A stretch of 64,000 bases of DNA from Clostridiales bacterium (GCA_017513085.1 JAFWDK010000019.1:192001-256000); one strand, 5' to 3'; shown: positions 31,172 through 40,425, numbered from the stretch's first letter. Notes: a model not told the origin generated them from the letters alone. A program made the numbers and translations.

Positions 31172-31297
31172 TTTTCCTATTCTCCTTTTTCCGATGATAC
31201 ACATCGATAGTAGTATACAACATTCTAAATACTTTATTATGGCTTTTTCGCAAATTTAGATCCGATCAGGCTAAGTCACACTTTTTCTGACCGGCAA

Positions 31298-31313
31298 GTG
31301 ACAGAATACTCAC
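31298..31313 (+). promoter_or_regulatory. GTGA-N8-TCAC operator-like site upstream of the candidate sRNA
   Basis: GTGACAGAATACTCAC, 14/16 identical to the copy at 31595-31610; -10-like TAAGAT at 31338. Confidence 0.45.
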
Positions 31314-31348
31314 CTTAACGTCATTTCACAGTCATCGTAAGATGCGAC

Positions 31349-31572
31349 AATAAACTTGTCAGAGGGCGATGGCACAGCCGAACACCAAGTAACCCAATTT
31401 CCCGAACCCTCTGGCAGGGGCTTCCCCCTCCATAATATCTTCTATTTTATTTCATATCGTGGAGGCGGATCGGAAAGATCCGCTTCCACCCCCCTCCTTA
31501 CAATTACCCCTCCATGCTAACCATAGTTCGTAGGAAAAAGCACTTTTCAGTACTTTTTCCTACGATTTTTTC
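31349..31572 (+). ncRNA. Candidate small regulatory RNA with three C-rich anti-Shine-Dalgarno motifs
   Basis: Intergenic, with no convincing ORF. Stems CAGAGGG/CCCTCTG and GTGGAGGCGGATC/GATCCGCTTCCAC; CCCCTCC at ~31425, ~31491 and 31507; terminator at 31528-31571. The 5' end is estimated from the -10 position. Confidence 0.55.
31528..31571 (+). terminator. Intrinsic terminator closing the candidate sRNA
   Basis: TCGTAGGAAAAAG / CTTTTTCCTACGA 13-bp stem followed by TTTTTT. Confidence 0.75.
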
Positions 31573-31594
31573 TTCAAGAGCTCTGCAAAATACG

Positions 31595-31637
31595 GTGACA
31601 AAACACTCACTCAATTTTTTTATACAAAAGCTACAAT
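31595..31637 (+). promoter_or_regulatory. Second GTGA-N8-TCAC site plus -10 of the lipoprotein gene
   Basis: GTGACAAAACACTCAC (31595-31610) and TACAAT (31632-31637). Confidence 0.45.
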
Positions 31638-31683
31638 AGGGGCAAAACCAACCAAAAACAGAATTGACAATAGGAGGTCGACA

Positions 31684-34173
31684 ATGAAGAAAGTGATAAA
31701 GAGTTTACTGGCTGCGGCTGTTGTGACAGGAATGGTCATTCCGTTTACGGCTTGCAGTTCCAAAGAAAAGGGAAGCAACGCCGGTTCTTCCGGAAGCAAT
31801 AGCGGAAATACGAACACAAGCATCGCAGGCGCAATCAAACCGAAGGCCGGAAAGGCCCGCATTGTCAGTGATACCGACCCGTACTTCAACGTAACCGAAG
31901 CGGAACTGAAAGTTAAGGTGCCGGAAGGCAAAGAGATCCTCTACACAGAATTCACCAATACCTACGCTGTCGGAGACAGGATCCTGGCCAATGTACACAT
32001 GCGTTTAAAAATGCCGGCCGAAGTCGAAAAAGAAATGAACAGTCTGAATCTGGATCTTGAGAAAGACGCGGAGAAATACCAACAGATCTTCGATGAATAC
32101 AATCGCAACAGTTTTCAGTTATTCGATCTGGACGGAAATAATATCAGCGCGATCGAAACAGAAACCGGAGCAGAGTTTACAGGAGCTTTTGCACTCGAAA
32201 ACGGAGAGATCCTTGTTGTAACAAGCAAAACGAACTTTCAGACTTGTGCATCGGAACCGAAACTTTTCGTTATTTCCGCAACCGGTGAAAAAAAACGGGA
32301 CATTCCTCTTTCTGTCAATGAGCCTCTGACTGATACCCATGTATACTTGACCGGCAACGGAAATCTTCTTCTTGCCAGCTCCAGAAAGTACTATCTTCTG
32401 GATTCCCAGGGAAAAGTTCTTAAGATGGTGGAGGACCCGAGACTGAGCGGACAGATGCTTTGTTCAGATGGAAAATGGTATGCGTGCATGCCTGATTATA
32501 ATATGGGTGATAGTAATATGTCCTTACAGGAAGTGGATACGAATGAAGGCAGTCTGATCGGCAAGCCGATTTCCATCGATATGTTAATGAGTTATAGCCT
32601 GACACAAGGAAAGAAAAATTGTTTTCTCATCAATAATAACGGTGTAGAAAAATATGATCTTCTGGACGGCTCCCGGACCGCTGCTTTTACCTGGAAAGAT
32701 ACGGATGTCAATTTCACCTCTCTGGATTTCTCCGGTGCCAGCATCGAGTCGGAAGACAAGATGATCTTCTTCAAGAAGGTTACCAACGCCGAGGCGGCAC
32801 GAACAGATATGGATCAAAAAGCCGGTGTGGGAAACCGAGCATATGTGGTCACGCTCACCCGTGCCGACAAGAATCCTCACGCAGGAAAAGAGATCATCAA
32901 ACTTGGCGTGAATGGAATTAAAGATGAAGCTTTTCTCAATCAGATCATCACATTCAATACCGACCCGAACCAGAAGGCTCGTATCGAAATCTGCGACTAT
33001 GCCACCGATTCCGACTTCGTCTTCGATGAGCAGAGCAGTCTGGAGAAACTGCAGGAAAACGCCGACAAATTAACCATGGATATGTTAAGCGGCGAGGGAC
33101 CGGATATTCTCGTTGGCTATTCCGGACTTTCTCAATTCAACACCGAAAATACCCTTCTGGATCTGAAACAGTATCTGGACAACGACAGCAACTTATACAA
33201 AGAAGACTACTACGCAAACATCTTCAGTGCTTTTGAAACGGACGGAAAACTCTTCTCCATTCCGATCACATTCAGTTTGGAAGGAATCCTGATCGACAGC
33301 AAGATCCAGGGCGCCAAAGATAAGCTTTCTTTCGCGGATCTCGACACCATGGCGTCTTCCCTCTCCGCTGATAAGCAGATGTTTTCAGGCCAAGACTGGA
33401 AATCCCTCCTGAGCAAATGGATCAAAGGCATGGGATCTACACTCATTGACAATACGAACCAAAAAGTCAATTTCGATTCCGATGAGTTCCGAGCGCTTCT
33501 TCAGGCGATCAAGAAACACGGTGTCTCCTCTTCCTCTTCTGCAAACTCCTCCACGTCCGGACCAGCATTGGCAGAAGGACACATGAACGATGATCTTCAG
33601 TTCTTTATGGGAATGATCGCGGCATGCAACAGCCAACTCAGCGGGTTAGACGACTTCTCCATGTTTGGTTCTTTTGGCGCCGACTTAAATAACGGAGACA
33701 TCTTATTCTCCGGATATCCGACGGCGAACGGAACAGGTATGCTTGCAAACGGAGAGATCACCATGTCTATCACGTCATCTGCCGCCAACCCCGACCTGGC
33801 CTGGGATTTCATCCGGTCTTTCCTAAGCGAGGATTCACAGTACGATCTTAGTTTCAGCACAAACAAGATCCCGGTCAACAAAAAAGCTTTCAACAAGAAG
33901 TGTAATCTTGAAATCAAATTGAACAACGATTATGTGGACAACATGAAAAAGTCGTCTCCGGATACTGATTACATCCCGTACAGATACTCCCAAAAAGATG
34001 TCGATACTTTCGAGTCCATAATCGCATCGGTACAATTCACCAGTCAGATGGATAGCGCCGTATTAAACATCGTGATGGAAGAAGCAGCCGGTTTCTTCGA
34101 AGGCAACCGTTCCATCGACGAAGTATGCAAAAACATTCAGAACCGAGCATCCCTGATCGTACAAGAAAGATAA
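31684..34173 (+). CDS. Large extracellular solute-binding lipoprotein (beta-rich N-terminal region plus family-1 SBP domain)
   Basis: Lipobox FTAC; GPDIL, LLDLKQYL, DGKLFSIP, AWDFIRSFLSE and EEAAGFFEG...IQNRASL.VQE, typical of clostridial SBP-like lipoproteins. GGAGG RBS. Confidence 0.82.
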   Translation: MKKVIKSLLAAAVVTGMVIPFTACSSKEKGSNAGSSGSNSGNTNTSIAGAIKPKAGKARIVSDTDPYFNVTEAELKVKVPEGKEILYTEFTNTYAVGDRILANVHMRLKMPAEVEKEMNSLNLDLEKDAEKYQQIFDEYNRNSFQLFDLDGNNISAIETETGAEFTGAFALENGEILVVTSKTNFQTCASEPKLFVISATGEKKRDIPLSVNEPLTDTHVYLTGNGNLLLASSRKYYLLDSQGKVLKMVEDPRLSGQMLCSDGKWYACMPDYNMGDSNMSLQEVDTNEGSLIGKPISIDMLMSYSLTQGKKNCFLINNNGVEKYDLLDGSRTAAFTWKDTDVNFTSLDFSGASIESEDKMIFFKKVTNAEAARTDMDQKAGVGNRAYVVTLTRADKNPHAGKEIIKLGVNGIKDEAFLNQIITFNTDPNQKARIEICDYATDSDFVFDEQSSLEKLQENADKLTMDMLSGEGPDILVGYSGLSQFNTENTLLDLKQYLDNDSNLYKEDYYANIFSAFETDGKLFSIPITFSLEGILIDSKIQGAKDKLSFADLDTMASSLSADKQMFSGQDWKSLLSKWIKGMGSTLIDNTNQKVNFDSDEFRALLQAIKKHGVSSSSSANSSTSGPALAEGHMNDDLQFFMGMIAACNSQLSGLDDFSMFGSFGADLNNGDILFSGYPTANGTGMLANGEITMSITSSAANPDLAWDFIRSFLSEDSQYDLSFSTNKIPVNKKAFNKKCNLEIKLNNDYVDNMKKSSPDTDYIPYRYSQKDVDTFESIIASVQFTSQMDSAVLNIVMEEAAGFFEGNRSIDEVCKNIQNRASLIVQER

Positions 34174-34261
34174 GGCCGTGCTACACTCACGACGCTTGTA
34201 CAAGGAGCACCCCGCCGAAAGGAAGTACCCGGCTGAAGCCAAAGCCCCATCTTCTTTGGAC

Positions 34262-34294
34262 AGCACACCCCACCACCGGTGGGGTGCTTTTTTA
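34262..34294 (+). terminator. Intrinsic terminator after the lipoprotein gene
   Basis: CACCCCACC-acc-GGTGGGGTG stem followed by CTTTTTT. Confidence 0.7.
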
Positions 34295-34394
34295 TGCGAC
34301 GGGGTCGGGGCCTCAGCCCGGGGACTGCGATTTATCAAGAGATTTTATCAGCTTTTCTTAAGCCGGTATATCAGAATGAAGTCTGTATTTTCAA

Positions 34395-34868
34395 TCAGCG
34401 GATGATCTCCACAACTTCGCCGATGTACATATCATGTGGCGCATCCGCCGAATAAAACTGTGCCGCGATTTCCGGTTTCATGTTCTTCGGATCCAGCGTC
34501 TGCATGAAAAGTTTTCTGCAAACCAGTGTCACCTCGGCCTCCCGGAAACTTACGGAATCACCGGCCTCAACCGGCGTCAATCCTTCCACATGCATCTTAT
34601 CGATGTCCCGGCCGGATTTCGAACCGAGGATACCAAGTGTTTTCTTCCATTCTTCCGGATAGAAGCTTACCGTGAAATATTCGTTATCGTCCATAAACTC
34701 ATGCGTATAACGCGACGTGCGCACATAGACCGTCGCGACCGGTTTTCCCCAGATCGTACCCATTCCGCCCCAGGAAATCGTCATCGTGTTGAATTTATCT
34801 TTTGTACCCGCAGTCACAAGCGCCCACTTCTTATCGAAGATCTCGAAAATGTCTGTTTCAAAGTTCAT
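34395..34868 (-). CDS. Flavin reductase-like FMN-binding protein
   Basis: WALVTAG...FNTMTISWGG.G.IW...SRYT...GSKSGRD.DK...HDMYIGEV. Confidence 0.85.
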   Translation of the reverse strand: MNFETDIFEIFDKKWALVTAGTKDKFNTMTISWGGMGTIWGKPVATVYVRTSRYTHEFMDDNEYFTVSFYPEEWKKTLGILGSKSGRDIDKMHVEGLTPVEAGDSVSFREAEVTLVCRKLFMQTLDPKNMKPEIAAQFYSADAPHDMYIGEVVEIIR

Positions 34869-34959
34869 GTCAGCACCTCGCTTGAAAAAAAGTATTGCAT
34901 ACATTATATCCTAGTTTTCAGATTCCGCGACGTATCTTCACACCAAAGATCCGTCAGAA

Positions 34960-36333
34960 TCAGTTCGCGCTCCGCAGGAAGATCATGAGCATCACGACCG
35001 CAAATCCGAAAACAAAAGCCAGAGCGCCTTTGTCATTATCTTTCTTCACCGCGATCTGCGGGATCTCTTCGATCGTCGTGTAGATCAGGGCGCCGCCTGC
35101 TGTGGCCATGATATAAGGCAGGATCCGCGGAAACAAAACGACCAGAACGACCGTGATCACACCGAGAAGCGGGATCGGCGTGCCGGAAACGACACCCATA
35201 AAAAATGCTTTTCCCGTCTTTGTTCCCGCATCACGGATCGGAAGCGCGACGCAGAGCGCCTCGGGAATATTTTGCAGCGCGATCGCTATGGCCAGAACGA
35301 TCGCGACCGAAGAAGATATCCATTCCGTCTTCATGAAATGCGCTGCATAGATCGCGCCGAGAGCGATCCCCTCCGGCGTATGGTGAATGATCTCCTTGAG
35401 CAGCACTTTGGTCTGCGAGTCCAGGTTGCTTTTGGGTCCTTCCGTAATATCTGAAAACGCATGTTTATGCGGCACGACGACATCCAGGAAGATCTGGAAC
35501 AGCACACCGACGCAGAAGCAGACCGTGACCGGGATGATGCCATTTCTATTCTCCAGACTCAAACCTCCGATTGAAGGTTCGATCATGCCCCAGACGGCAA
35601 TCGAAAACATAATACCGGAACTGCATCCGACCAGCATAGCGCGCAGCGTATCCGACAGTTTATTCTTGGCATAGATCACCGCGGAACCGAGAAGCGTTCC
35701 GATCAGCGGGATCAGCATACCGAACAGCGTATCGGCATCCGATAATGTATGCGAACTGTCCAGGTACGTGATCAGTGTGCGGAATCCGATGAACAGCAGG
35801 ATCGTTCCACCCATGATCTCCGAACCGGCGCGATACCGGCTGCCGAAAATATTACCGATCTTCACTCCGATCGTCGAAATGATGAACGTCACAATACCGA
35901 TCACACCGACCGCAAACAGCACATTGACAAACCGACCGGCAGATAAAACTTCAACAGGGACCGCAACAAAAGTGATGCCGACAGCCAGCGCGTCGATACT
36001 GGTCGCGATGGCCATCATGAACATCGTCTTTACATCAAAACCCGGCTTGGCATCTTCATCCGGAGCAAGCGCCTCCTTGATCATGTTCCCACCGATCAGT
36101 GAAAGTAGCCCGAAAGCTACCCACGGCGCTACCATAGTGATGAAACGTTCAAAAGCAGATCCGACGAGATAGCCGATCAACGGCATTATGGCCTGGAAAA
36201 ATCCGAACCATATTCCACAAAGAAAAAACTCTTTCTTCGAGATCTTCTTCGACGCCAGTCCTTTGCATATCGATACGGCAAAAGCATCCATCGCAAGACC
36301 AACAGATAGAAGCAGCAGTTCAAATAATCCCAT
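34960..36333 (-). CDS. Fusion of a manganese efflux pump MntP domain (N-terminal) and a ZIP-family metal transporter (C-terminal)
   Basis: MntP motifs LAMDAFAVS and ATSIDALAVG; ZIP motifs VPHKH, HHTPEGIALG, LQNIPEA and AGGALIY; one continuous 457-aa ORF. Confidence 0.85.
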   Translation of the reverse strand: MGLFELLLLSVGLAMDAFAVSICKGLASKKISKKEFFLCGIWFGFFQAIMPLIGYLVGSAFERFITMVAPWVAFGLLSLIGGNMIKEALAPDEDAKPGFDVKTMFMMAIATSIDALAVGITFVAVPVEVLSAGRFVNVLFAVGVIGIVTFIISTIGVKIGNIFGSRYRAGSEIMGGTILLFIGFRTLITYLDSSHTLSDADTLFGMLIPLIGTLLGSAVIYAKNKLSDTLRAMLVGCSSGIMFSIAVWGMIEPSIGGLSLENRNGIIPVTVCFCVGVLFQIFLDVVVPHKHAFSDITEGPKSNLDSQTKVLLKEIIHHTPEGIALGAIYAAHFMKTEWISSSVAIVLAIAIALQNIPEALCVALPIRDAGTKTGKAFFMGVVSGTPIPLLGVITVVLVVLFPRILPYIMATAGGALIYTTIEEIPQIAVKKDNDKGALAFVFGFAVVMLMIFLRSAN

Positions 36334-36370
36334 AGTATTTTGTTAACTCCCTCAACCAAATTTCCTTATG

Positions 36371-37198
36371 TCAAAGTTGTTTTTCTTTACTGTCCAAAGT
36401 CTCATTCATACTGCCGGTCCGATAGCCCTGAAGATCCATCGTAACATAAGCAAAACCAAGTTCATGCAGCGTGGAACAGACCTTGTCGCGCACGCCCTCT
36501 TCAACCAGTCTGGGGAATTCTTGCGGCAACACTTCGATCCGGGCGATATTCCCGTGGATGCGGACGCGGAACTGCTTGAAACCAAGGTCCAGGAGAAGTT
36601 GCTCGGCCTGATCGACCATTCTGAGTTTCTCTTCACTGATCGTCTCGCCGTAAACAAAACGCGACGACAGGCAGGCGAACGACGGCTTATCCCAAGTCGG
36701 AAGATCCAGTTCTTTTGAAAGCTGACGGATATCCTCCTTCGTCAGACCGGCTTGCCGAAGCGGGCTTTTGACACCAAGTTCCGCCACCGCGATCAGCCCC
36801 GGCCGGTAATCGCCGTTATCGTCAAGATTGGATCCCTCCGCAACATACTCAATTCCATTCGCCGCGGCCACGTCCAGGATCTTCGTAAAAAGCTCTTTCT
36901 TACAGATATAGCAGCGGTTCTTGGGGTTCTGGCGGAACCCGTCGATCGCTAGTTCCTCAGATTCGATCACGACCTGCCTGATGCCTTCCTTTTCGCAGAA
37001 TGCAGTTGCCTCTTGTAATTCTCGTTTGGGAAAAGAACAGGATTTAGCCGTAACGGCGATCACCTTATCCTTTAAGACATCTTTGGCGACCTTCAAAAGA
37101 AATGTGGAATCGACGCCGGAAGAGAATGCAACGGCTACACTTCCAAGCTCCTGAAGATACTGTTCCAGTTTCTGTTTTTTCTCATGTAATGCGTCCAT
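36371..37198 (-). CDS. larE: ATP-dependent sulfur transferase LarE (PP-loop family)
   Basis: AFSSGVDS PP-loop, NRCYICK, DYRPG, FACLSSRF and GYRTGSMN. Confidence 0.88.
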   Translation of the reverse strand: MDALHEKKQKLEQYLQELGSVAVAFSSGVDSTFLLKVAKDVLKDKVIAVTAKSCSFPKRELQEATAFCEKEGIRQVVIESEELAIDGFRQNPKNRCYICKKELFTKILDVAAANGIEYVAEGSNLDDNGDYRPGLIAVAELGVKSPLRQAGLTKEDIRQLSKELDLPTWDKPSFACLSSRFVYGETISEEKLRMVDQAEQLLLDLGFKQFRVRIHGNIARIEVLPQEFPRLVEEGVRDKVCSTLHELGFAYVTMDLQGYRTGSMNETLDSKEKQL

Positions 37199-37311
37199 AT
37201 GTACCTCTGTCTGTATTCCGATAGAGCGGAAAGAATCTTTTTCTTGATTGTACTATAGTACTCGATAACTTTCCTCGCTTCAATATCAACAGACATACAG
37301 ACGTACCCGGA

Positions 37312-37824
37312 TCAGGCGATATATTTCACACCCAAAGAACGAAGTTCCTGACGCATCTTCTGTACCTTTTCTGCCGGAAATCTCCGTCCGATACTCTCCT
37401 CGAGCATAACGACGGACGCCCCCGTCTTCGCCGCGCCTTTTGCTGTGGCGCCGACACATCCGCACTCATCGATCCCGCAGATCGCCACTTCTTTATAGTT
37501 CTGTGCTTTCATGTACTCGCGGAAAGCCTTGGCCGTATAGGCGTCAGAACGACTCTTCTCAAAGCACAGATCCGACACAACATCCAGTTTGCTGTAGAGC
37601 TCTGCCCCTTCTGTTCCCCGGATCGAGAATCCGACTCCCCACATCAGTTTGGACAATACATGCTTAATGTATATGATGTCGTAGCCCTTCTCTTTATAAT
37701 CGGCAATCGTCCGATTGATATGCCCGACCAGCGCATCACTGTCATAAGTAAACATCGCCTTTCTTTTTTCCCAGAAATAGTCATTCTGTATATCGATTAC
37801 CAGAAGTGCTCTCTTCTCTTGCAT
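37312..37824 (-). CDS. Isochorismatase-family cysteine hydrolase
   Basis: LLVIDIQNDY (Asp), FEK (Lys) and GIDECGCVGATA (Cys). Confidence 0.85.
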   Translation of the reverse strand: MQEKRALLVIDIQNDYFWEKRKAMFTYDSDALVGHINRTIADYKEKGYDIIYIKHVLSKLMWGVGFSIRGTEGAELYSKLDVVSDLCFEKSRSDAYTAKAFREYMKAQNYKEVAICGIDECGCVGATAKGAAKTGASVVMLEESIGRRFPAEKVQKMRQELRSLGVKYIA

Positions 37825-37957
37825 ATATTTCTCTCCTTCTCCAATCACTATGTTTCTCACCATTATTGAACGCGTTCAATTTATGATAACGCAGATTCTT
37901 CTTCTTTTCAATCAGAAAAAGAAATCCTGACAAAAAAATGCCGATATCATCAAAAAA

Positions 37958-38002
37958 GTTCCATATAGAACATTGACACCAATTAGTTCTATATGGTACC
38001 AT
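37958..38002 (+). promoter_or_regulatory. Sigma-A promoter with two near-palindromic MarR operators
   Basis: GTTCCATATAGAAC (37958-37971) and GTTCTATATGGTAC (37986-37999) flank TTGACA (37973) and overlap the extended -10 TGgTACCAT. Confidence 0.65.
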
Positions 38003-38071
38003 CTTCCTGTAAAACGTTTTATGATTTGCGGCGGAAGGATCTGTCCCCGCCTCAACAAAAAGGAGAGCACC

Positions 38072-38515
38072 ATGGATACCCGGACGGGTTTTCTCATATC
38101 TCAGATCAAGCAGGTGCAGGCCCGCGTGTTTCAGAAGCTCCTGGTGGAAAGCGGAGTGGAAGAATTCAATGGTCCGCAGGGACATATCCTGTATGTTCTC
38201 TGGCAGGCAGACGGAGTTCCGATCGTAGAGCTTTCGAAGAAGACCGGGCTTGCGAAGAACACCCTGACTGCGATGCTTGGCCGTCTTGAAGACTCCGGTC
38301 TGATCACCAGAGAAGCCCATGCTACAGACAAGCGCCAGTCCTTGATCGTGCTTACGAAGAAAGCACGTTCCTTGAAAGGCAAATACGATGAGGTATCCGA
38401 ACGCATGAATGAGATCTTCTACCAGGGATTTACCGAGAAAGAAGCGCTCCGCATGGACAGTTATCTTGACCGGATCCTGGAGAATCTCGAGAAGTCCGAA
38501 CAACAGAAGAAATGA
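38072..38515 (+). CDS. MarR-family transcriptional regulator
   Basis: QGHILYVLW...LAKNTLTAMLGRLEDSGLI.R...DKR. Start 38072 after AAGGAG. Confidence 0.88.
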   Translation: MDTRTGFLISQIKQVQARVFQKLLVESGVEEFNGPQGHILYVLWQADGVPIVELSKKTGLAKNTLTAMLGRLEDSGLITREAHATDKRQSLIVLTKKARSLKGKYDEVSERMNEIFYQGFTEKEALRMDSYLDRILENLEKSEQQKK

Positions 38516-38532
38516 TCGAAGGAGAATTTAAA

Positions 38533-39135
38533 ATGTCTAAAAAACTTGCCGAAAACGGAAATGATTTTTGCCCGCAATCACTGTTCCTTTACGGAACGAA
38601 AAACGAAGACGGAACGCCGCATTTCGGACTGTTCTGCTGGTTCAGTTATATCAGCACCCTGACGGAAAACGGTGAGGGTCTGGGCGTGATGGCCTGCATC
38701 GGCGAAGAAAAACTCACGAAAGATCTGATCCGCAAAAACGGCGTATTCTCTGCCAACCTGGTTACAGAAGAACTGCTTCCGCTCGCCGACTATTACGGCA
38801 ACATCAGTGGTCGTGAAAACCCGGACAAGATGCGTCATATGCCTACAGTTGAGCAAGGTCTGAAACTGGATGTTCCGACGATTGCCGAGAGTCCGATCAG
38901 CATGGAACTGCGTGTCCAGAAAGAGATCCACTTGACCGAGGGCAGCGATGTATTCCTTTGCGAGATCGTAGCCGTTTCCATGAAGGAGGAACTCATGAAT
39001 AAGCAGATCCCCTTCATCGACAGATATCTGTCGGTCATGCCGGTCCTCGCCGGCGGCGAACTACGCTATGTCACCGCAGACGGGAGAGACATGGGCCATT
39101 GGGGCGAACCCATGCAGGAACTCGCAGAAAAGTAA
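38533..39135 (+). CDS. Flavin reductase family protein
   Basis: TKDLIRKNGVFSANL...ADYYGNISGR...PTIAESPISMELRV split-barrel pattern; cotranscribed with the MarR gene. Confidence 0.75.
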   Translation: MSKKLAENGNDFCPQSLFLYGTKNEDGTPHFGLFCWFSYISTLTENGEGLGVMACIGEEKLTKDLIRKNGVFSANLVTEELLPLADYYGNISGRENPDKMRHMPTVEQGLKLDVPTIAESPISMELRVQKEIHLTEGSDVFLCEIVAVSMKEELMNKQIPFIDRYLSVMPVLAGGELRYVTADGRDMGHWGEPMQELAEK

Positions 39136-39180
39136 ATCAGGAAGTGCTTGGTGGAGAAGCTCGGCATGTTGAGGTTTCTT

Positions 39181-39687
39181 CTATTTTTTCGTTTGCTCAT
39201 TCTTCTTCCGGATTTTCTTAGTATAAGATCTGGCGTTGATAGTCAGCAATATTGAAAACACGATCGAGATCCATGCCGGGATCACGCAGTATCCGGGGCT
39301 GATCTGTCCGTCACTTTTCAGCACCAGGATCGCGGATCCGATCGTCACGCCGCAACAAACCATTTCTAATCCGAAAAATATAAGTGCCCGTATGATCGCC
39401 TGCTTCTTCGTTTTGTCTGTATAGTCCGCAATTAACAATAATGATTCTTTTGTCTCTTTGTCCATTTTCTCACTTTTCCTTTCGCCATCGATAAGTTCGC
39501 GGATATCCACATCGTAATAATCCGCCAGTTCAACAAGGATGCTCAGATCCGGAAGTGTATTTCCGTTTTCCCAACGTGAAACACTTCGGGACGATACTCC
39601 GAACAGATCAGCAATCTCTTCTTGCGTCTTATCTTTCTCTTTTCTCAGACGCTTAAGAAACTCACCGATCTTTTTCTGGTCTATCAT
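39181..39687 (-). CDS. XRE-family HTH regulator with two C-terminal TM helices
   Basis: LRKEKDKTQEEIADLFGVSSRSVSRWENGNTLPD; hydrophobic C-terminus. Confidence 0.88.
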   Translation of the reverse strand: MIDQKKIGEFLKRLRKEKDKTQEEIADLFGVSSRSVSRWENGNTLPDLSILVELADYYDVDIRELIDGERKSEKMDKETKESLLLIADYTDKTKKQAIIRALIFFGLEMVCCGVTIGSAILVLKSDGQISPGYCVIPAWISIVFSILLTINARSYTKKIRKKNEQTKK

Positions 39688-40043
39688 GCAGAAATCCTCC
39701 TTTCGGTTCTGATTATCGATCGACTGCCCTAAGAAAACCACGTCACAAAGTGAGAAATGACGTTTTTCCTACCGGACAGATTTGTCTGGTCGCCTGTTTT
39801 CAGGCATTTCCGAGATATCCATCCCGGAACCGATTTTATGTCATTTTACAATAAGCCGCAAGCGGAAACAATTCCTTCCGACTCACGAAAAGAACTTTCC
39901 AAGATGAGGTCGCTTCCTCGTTCATCTCCCCGTTCAATCTGAATCTAAGGAAACCACAGCAGGCGCTCTCTTCTATTCTTTCGGGTTCGATGATGGTATA
40001 ATAGTCAAAACAGTTCACCTTCAAGTTTAGGAGGATTACGAGA

Positions 40044-40394
40044 ATGGAAAATTTAAACTACCAGCCACCGGTAACAGTCAATGACCGGGCTGGCGAAAAG
40101 GTAATCGAAGCGAACTTCCGAATCGATGATATAAAAGCTCAGATCGCAGAACTAGAGATCAAGATTTCTGCTCTATACAATGTGATCGTCGAGCAAGGTA
40201 TCGATCCTAAGCTTATCGAAAGGAAAGTTGAAGAACTGGTAACAAACCGTCCTGAACGACCGCTCGTATCTGTCTTAACAAGATCGCAGATTTGTCCGGA
40301 ATGCGGGAAGAAGGTCAAACCATCCTCCGTTGATCCATTGATGGGAACCTGCCTGTTCTGTGGGACCAAAGTGCCTTTTTACCCTACATTCTGA
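40044..40394 (+). CDS. Hypothetical protein: coiled coil plus C-terminal Zn ribbon
   Basis: GGAGG RBS, CPECG...CLFCG, and a terminator downstream. Confidence 0.75.
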   Translation: MENLNYQPPVTVNDRAGEKVIEANFRIDDIKAQIAELEIKISALYNVIVEQGIDPKLIERKVEELVTNRPERPLVSVLTRSQICPECGKKVKPSSVDPLMGTCLFCGTKVPFYPTF

Positions 40395-40425
40395 ACAGAC
40401 GGCAAGCACAATAAACCAAGATCAC

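Noticed and set aside
31369-31392. Micro-ORF MAQPNTK inside the candidate sRNA
   Set aside because: Only seven codons, and the GAGGG lies 2 nt from the ATG, too close for a normal RBS; a leader-peptide role cannot be supported.
31621-31660. Possible c-di-GMP-I riboswitch (GGGCAAAACC) before the lipoprotein gene
   Set aside because: No GAAA tetraloop stem, GCAAAG junction or second stem in the correct order.
34195-34245. Possible glycine or other riboswitch (GGAGCAC...CCGAAAGGAAG)
   Set aside because: Lacks the CTCTCAGG core and lies between convergent 3' ends, not in a leader.
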